Below, in pieces: positions 53,555-64,000 of a stretch of 64,000 nt of DNA. The number at the start of each line of letters is the position of its first letter. Position 1 is the stretch's first letter. The notes below the pieces were generated by a model that saw nothing but the letters and a program-made list of their open reading frames with translations, had not been told where the DNA came from and searched no databases. The translations under genes and the position numbers were made by a program. The stretch comes from the human T2T-CHM13v2.0 reference genome, Homo sapiens. The stretch lies in assembly GCF_009914755.1 (NCBI RefSeq), contig NC_060943.1; one strand, given 5' to 3'.

Positions 53555-55600
53555 AAATTTATTTATTTAAATTGACAGATAAAATTGTATTTATCACAAA
53601 AAACATCACATTTTGAGGTATATATACATTACAGAATGGTTAGGTCTAGCTAATGGATATATGTTTTACCTCACATAGTTATCATTTTTGTAGTGAAAAC
53701 ACTTAACATCCACTCTCTTAGCATTTTCCAGAAACACCATATATCATCCTTAAATATAAAATCTTCATGCTATACTATAGATCTGCTGAACGTATTTTTT
53801 CTGGCTGCAATTTTGTATCCTTTGACAAACATTTCCCCACTCCTCCTCCCACAACAGCTGTAGCCTCTGGTAGCCACTGTTCTACTCTATAATTCTATGA
53901 GATCAACTTTTTTATATTCCATATGATTAAGATCATGTGATATTTGTGTTTCTGTGCCTAGAATATTTCACTTAACATAATGCTCTCTAGGTTCTTTCAT
54001 TTTGTTGCAAATCACAGTATTTCCTTCTTACACAGGGCTGTATAGTATTCCATTATGTACATATGCCACATTTTAATATCCATTCATCCACTAAGGTACA
54101 CTTAGATTGACTTCATATCTTGGCTATTGTGACACTGCAATAAACAGGAAAGTGCAGATATCTGTTTAATACACTATTGTCATTTCCATTGGATAAATAC
54201 CTAGTGGGATCCCTGAGTCGCATTCTATTTTTAACTTTTTGAGGAACGTACATACTGTTTTCCATAATGGCTACACTAATTTACATTCCATGAACAATGT
54301 ATAAGATTTCCCCTTTCTCCATATCGTTGTCAGCATTTGTTATTTTTCCTGTCTTTTGATAATAGCCCTGTTAGCTGGGATGACGTGGTATCTCATTGTG
54401 GATTCAATTTGCATTTCCCTGATAATTCGTGACTTTGAGCACTTTTCATGGACCATTGTATACTTGTATGTCTTCTTTTGAAAAAAGTGTCCTCAGGTCG
54501 TTGCCTATTTATTAATCAGATTATTTTTTCCCACTATTGAGTTTTAAAATACATTCTAGATAACCATTTTTCAGATGTTTAGTTTGGAAATATTGTCTAT
54601 CATTCTACAGCTTTTCTCTTGGATCTGTCAATTATCTCCTTTGCTGTGCAGAAGATTTTTTAGTCTGATGTCATCCCATTCATCTATTTTTACTTTTGTA
54701 ATCTATGCTTTTGAAGTTTTATTTTGAAAAATCTTTACCTTGGCTAATTTTATGAAGCTTATCCCATGTATTTTCTTCTAGTAGTTTCATAGTTTTTGGT
54801 ATTCCATTTAAATATTTATTTCATTTAAAGTTAATTTTTGTATATAGCAAGAAAAGGAATCTAGTTTCCTTTTTCTGAATGTGGATATCCAGTTTTCCCA
54901 GTAGCATTCATTAAAAAGACTGTCCTTTCACCAATATGTGTTCTTGGCACTTTTGTCTAAAATCAGTTGGCTGTAAATATGTGTTTATTTATGGGTTTTC
55001 GTCTCTATTCCTTTGGCCCATGTGTATGTTTTTATGCCAGCACGAAGCTGGTTTAGGTACAATAGCTTCATAATATAGTTTGAAGTCAGATAGTGTGATG
55101 TCTCCAGCTTTGTTCTTTTGGTTCAACATTGTTTTAGCCATGTAGGGTCTTGGATGGTTCCATATGTATTATACAATTTTTTTTGTATTTCTGTGAAGAA
55201 TGTCATTGGTATTTTGACAGGGATTGCACTGTGTCTTTTGATCACTTTGGGTATTATGGGCATTTTGATAATATTGTTATTTAGTTATTTATTTACTTTT
55301 TGAGACAAAGTCTCACTCTGTTGCCAGACTGAAGGCCAGTGGCACGAACCCCACTCACTGCAACCTCCACCTCCCAGGTTCAAGTGATTCTTGTGCCTCA
55401 GCCTCCTGAGTAGCTGGGACACAGGCATCCGCCACCTTGCCTGGATAGTTTTTGTATTTTTAGTAGAGATGGGGTTTTGCCACGTTTGCCAGGCTGGTCT
55501 CAAACTCCTGACCTCAGGTGATCTGCCTGCCTTGCCCTCCCCAAATCCTGGGATTATAGGCATGAGCCACCGCACCTGGCCAATTTTGACAATATTAATC
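53555..55600 (-). mobile_element. Old L1M of about 1.7 kb plus Alu (about 55285-55580)
   Basis: Antisense L1 3'UTR and ORF2 remnant. The same insertion site is seen at about 34740. Confidence 0.8.
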
Positions 55601-56181
55601 AGGAATACATGTTCTACCTTCAGTCCTTGGCAGAGAGCATGTATTCTAAAGTTTTAATGAGAAAATCTTTCATGCATTTGAGGAATATAAAGTGGATTTT
55701 GGCATATTCCAGGCACTGTCCAGAAAATGAATGTGTGATGTTATAAAACAAAAGAAGAAAGAGGTAAGAAGGAGAATGTGGATGGAGTGTTATTTTTTAT
55801 TGGGTGGTCAGGTAAGACCAGTAGACAAGGTGACAACTGAACAGAGACCACAATGAAGACAGGGTGGAGTCACCATGTTCCTTGCAGAAGCGTATGCAAG
55901 GCAGAAGGAACGACAATGAAAGACCCTGAGGCGTGTTCTTCTTTTAGATGTTCAAGTCCAACAAGTAAGCCAGTGTGGCAGGCAAACAAGCAAGAGGAGA
56001 GGAATGAGAGATGGTTTCAGAGGATATTGAGGAAGGAGTTGGCCTGGAAGCTGCTGAAACCTGAAGACACAAGGAGTCCTTCTGTCCAGATGTTGCATTT
56101 GCACTTTATTAATTTGGTTGCAAAGGCGCCCCATGAATTGCAATGAACATCCTCTTTGTTTCCTGCTGTGGCCTTGAGTTC

Positions 56182-56458
56182 TGATGTTCATATGATGAGT
56201 TATCTTTTGGAATACATAGCCCAGGTTCTCTTTGTCTGAAACTTCTCACCCTAAAGAAACACACACACACACATACACACGGAACACATATACACATCTG
56301 ACGTTCATATTTTGAGTTGTCATTTGGAATATGTAACTCAGGATCTCTTTGTCTGAAACTTCTTCTCACTCTGAAGCATCATACACACACACACACACAT
56401 AAACACACACACACACAGACACATACACACATATATACGGAACACACATACACATCTG
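56182..56458. repeat. Diverged tandem duplication (units of about 120 and 160 bp), each with a (CA)n tract
   Basis: GTTCATAT...GAGTT...TTTGGAATA...TCTCTTTGTCTGAAACTTCT...(CA)n GGAACACA..TACACATCTG appears twice. Confidence 0.8.
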
Positions 56459-56654
56459 CTGTGGCTTCCTGGGTGCATGTTACTCCCATGCCCTTCTCAA
56501 CACCAATTACAGCATTAGAAAGGAAATGGATACCAGGTAAGATTTGAATAATGAAAATCTAAAACAAACTTATGAAAGAAAAGATATGAAATAAATTACT
56601 GACGTGAGTCAGAAATTCAAAATTAAAGTGGCAAACATCTGCAAATAAATGCTC

Positions 56655-57245
56655 AACCATTGTGGAAGACAGTGTGGCAATTCCTCAGAGATCTAAAGAC
56701 AGAAATATCCTTCAACCCAGCAATCCCATTCCTGGGTATATACCCATAGGAATATAAATCATTCTATTATAAAGACACATGCACACGTATAGTCATTGCA
56801 ACACTATTCAAAATAGCAAAGACATGGAGTCAACCTAGATGCCCATGAATGATAGACTGGATAAAGAAAATGTGGTACATATATACCATGGAATACTATG
56901 CAGCCATAAAAAAGAACAAGATCATGTCCTTTGCAGCAACATGGTTGGAGTTAGAGGCCATTATCCTTAGCAAACTAACACAGGAACAGAAAATCAAATA
57001 CCAGATGTTCTCACTTACAAGTGGGAGCTAAATCATGAGAACACACGGACACAGAGAAGGGAAAAACACACTGGGGCCAACTGGAGGGTGGAGGGTGGGA
57101 GGAGGGAGATCAGGAAAGATAACTAATGGGTACTAGGCTTAATACCTGGGTGATGAAATAATCTGTACAATAAACCCCCATGACACGTGTTTACCTATGT
57201 AACAAAACTGCACATGTACCCCTGAACTTAAAAGTAAAAAAATTA
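56655..57245 (+). mobile_element. Older L1PA 3' fragment
   Basis: L1 ORF2 C-terminus (WIKKMWYIYTMEYYAAIK) and 3'UTR. Confidence 0.85.
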
Positions 57246-57787
57246 AAATACGCTTTTTTTTAGCAGTAGAAGAAACAGTATTTAAAGCCATAATTTCATT
57301 CCTATCTAAGTATAAATGGATCCAAATATGCTTACGAAAAAGATCTTAAGTTGAATGTAATTTTAGTTTGTATTCAATTGTAGGTTGTGAGTGCAAAAGA
57401 GTATCTTCCACAAGATGGCAGTAGATTACTGCTTTAAAATATAGATCTGCATATTCTCATTTATATGCAGAATCTAAATAATCAAACTCATAGGGATAGA
57501 GAGGAGTAAGGCAGTGGTTACCAGGGACTGGAGTATGGGGTGGGGTGGATGCAGAAAGCGGAGACATTAGATAAAGGATATAAAGTTAGCAAGAATGGGT
57601 TCTAGTAATCTATTGCACAGCATGATGACTTTAGTTGAGAATAATGTATTATATATTTCCAAAGTGCTAGTATCATAGATTTTAAATGTTCTCAACCACA
57701 AAGACATGATAAGTGTATGAAGTGACCGATACATTAATTAGGTTCCTTTAATCATTCTACAATGAATACATATAAAATAACATCTTA

Positions 57788-58318
57788 TCCTGTGTTAGTT
57801 TGCTGAGAATGATGGTTTCCAGCTTCATCCATGTCCCTGCAAAGGACATGAACTCATCCTTTTTTATGGCTGCATAGTATTCTATGGTGTATAGGTGCCA
57901 CATTTACTTTATCCAGTCTACCATTGACGGGCATTTGGGTTGGTTCCAAGTCTTTGCTATCGTGAACAGTGCTGCAATAAACATACGTGTGCATGTGTCT
58001 TTATAGTAGAATGATTTATAATCCTTTGGGTATATACCCAGTAATGGGATTGCTAGAAAACCAAACACTGCATGTTCTCACTCACAAGTGGGAGTTGAAC
58101 AATGAGAACACACGGACACAAGGAGGGGAACATCACACACCGGGGCCTGTCGGTGGGTGGAGGGCTAGCGGAGGGATAGCCTAATGCAGATGATGACGGC
58201 TTGATGGGTGCAGCAAACCACCATGGCACGTGTATACCTATGTAACAAACCTACGTGTTCTGCACATGTATCCCAGAACTTGAAGTATAATAAAAAATAA
58301 AAATAGAAATAAAAATAA
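57788..58318 (+). mobile_element. 5'-inverted L1PA
   Basis: Antisense at about 57788-58053, then sense 3'UTR with A tail. TSD AAAATAACATCTTA. Confidence 0.82.
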
Positions 58319-59383
58319 AATAACATCTTACTGCACCCCACAAGAATGCAATGATTTTTGTCAATCAAAACAGAAATTAAAACATTAAATTAAAAATAAA
58401 AATAGATCTAATTACAAAAGGAAGCAATAAGCAAAAACAGATGTGAAATAAGATGGAAATACTTATGAAGGATGATATATTTCTAGCAATGATGCAGAAG
58501 AATTTTCTAAGTCAAAAAACAATTGGAGAGGTGGGAACAAATTATGACAAACAGATTTGAGCACACAACGCTTATAAACTTTCACACATTTTCCTGATAT
58601 ACACCTCTACATACATAAAAATTAAACATTATTCAGCAAAGTTGGTGAAAAAGCTACAATTTCTTGTTTGAAAGAATGCAGTCAAAAGAATGAAAACATT
58701 CAGACGTCAGAACATGAAAGCAGGGAACTTGCATAATTTGCAATAGAGAAAATAAAAAGCAAACAAATCCAGCCTCACCAGAAGAAGAAAATAATTGCAA
58801 GCAAAAACTCTTTAGTATTCTCATTTTGACCTATTGTATAACATTTATTTTTCATGTGAATATCCAACATGAGAGAAGAGACTATGAAATGTATGTCTTG
58901 TGAACTGCTGTTGCAAGATGGAATTTACAAGTAATCCATTGGTGTGGATCTTTGCAGTTAAGCACAGAAACATGCTCAAATACGCCTCTCTTAAAATTTG
59001 TTCCAAAGTCTCTCAATTCATTGCACATCATTCCACACCAAATATTCTACTATCCTGCTTCTTTCACTGCAAAATTTCTAGTATGTGTTGTAATTTACTG
59101 GAACCACTTTTTGTCTTCCATTCCTTCTTCAATCTCATCCAAATCAACTTCCTTTATTATCACTTAGTTGTCAGCAATGATCCCTGCATTGCTTAGTATG
59201 ACAAACACTTCTCTTTTTAACATATTAACTATATTAAATATAAATTAGTCAACCAGGCAAACAAACACACATCAATCTCTCAGCTTGACTTAGGCTAGTT
59301 TGGCTTTCAGGTAACACTAGGTAAATATTCTTGACTTATATTGCCTCTGAACATTTTCTGCAGTACCTACTGGGCGGACTCAC

Positions 59384-60710
<1,327 letters not shown>

Positions 60711-61140
60711 TATTGACATCTCCAGAAAATTGCAATTCCCTCTCCGACAATGGAAATAATGTGTTCATTTGCTATAAAACCATTGATAGTTAGTATAATC
60801 CTTGGCTTCCTGATGCTATCGACAAAACAATTAGGAGTTTCATGCTTGTATACACAAGAAAGTGTTGTCATTTAATCCTTAATTTATGAAACATTTGGCT
60901 ATTGCAAGAGATATAATTACACATTTTATGCACCATGGACTGAAGTTGGAATCTTACATGGTTTGTCTCATTTAATGTCACATGTAATGTGTCTCATTTT
61001 TGCACATTCCCATGCTACGAGGAGCCTCTTTCTACATTTGTAGAATTGGGGCTAAGAAGGGTTAAGTGATCTGCCCAGTGTTATGAACTGAGGGAAGGAT
61101 GAGCTTTGATTGGAACTCCATCAAGATGTTTCTAGTTCTT

Positions 61141-64000
<2,860 letters not shown>

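Noticed and set aside
56849-57031. ORFs resembling the L1 ORF2 C-terminus (also 10007-10213, 36447-36668, 62538-62762)
   Set aside because: They are short truncated L1 remnants; no intact L1 is present.

Overview
Primate, almost certainly human, repeat-rich genomic DNA from the OR7A olfactory-receptor cluster (recognised as chr19p13.1). It holds four tandem minus-strand OR7A coding exons: intact OR7A5 (12845-13804), intact OR7A10 (26511-27440), a copy broken by a 17-bp frameshift (37597-38509, probably OR7A8P) and a copy whose frame is open but whose start is ATG->GTG (49379-50308, probably OR7A2P). The window ends in the conserved 3' flank of a further paralog, probably OR7A17, whose CDS lies just outside. 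Each gene is a duplicated unit of 3' flank, CDS, intron and upstream exon/promoter. Six upstream exon modules are present for only four CDSs; one extra copy has lost its CDS and another is inverted. Main observation: all six modules end in a stop-free 10-11-codon frame (consensus about M-E-T-F-L-S-E-N/T-P-S) before a phase-2 GT donor. This frame joins the OR frame through the 13-nt leader after the acceptor in three of the four genes. The two intact genes lack this upstream ATG. OR7A2P has kept it and lost the downstream one, so splicing would give a full-length 324-aa receptor. The rest is Alu, L1 (four 5'-inverted), solo LTRs, MER DNA elements and microsatellites. Gene names and repeat subfamilies come from recognition, not from a search, and repeat boundaries are approximate.
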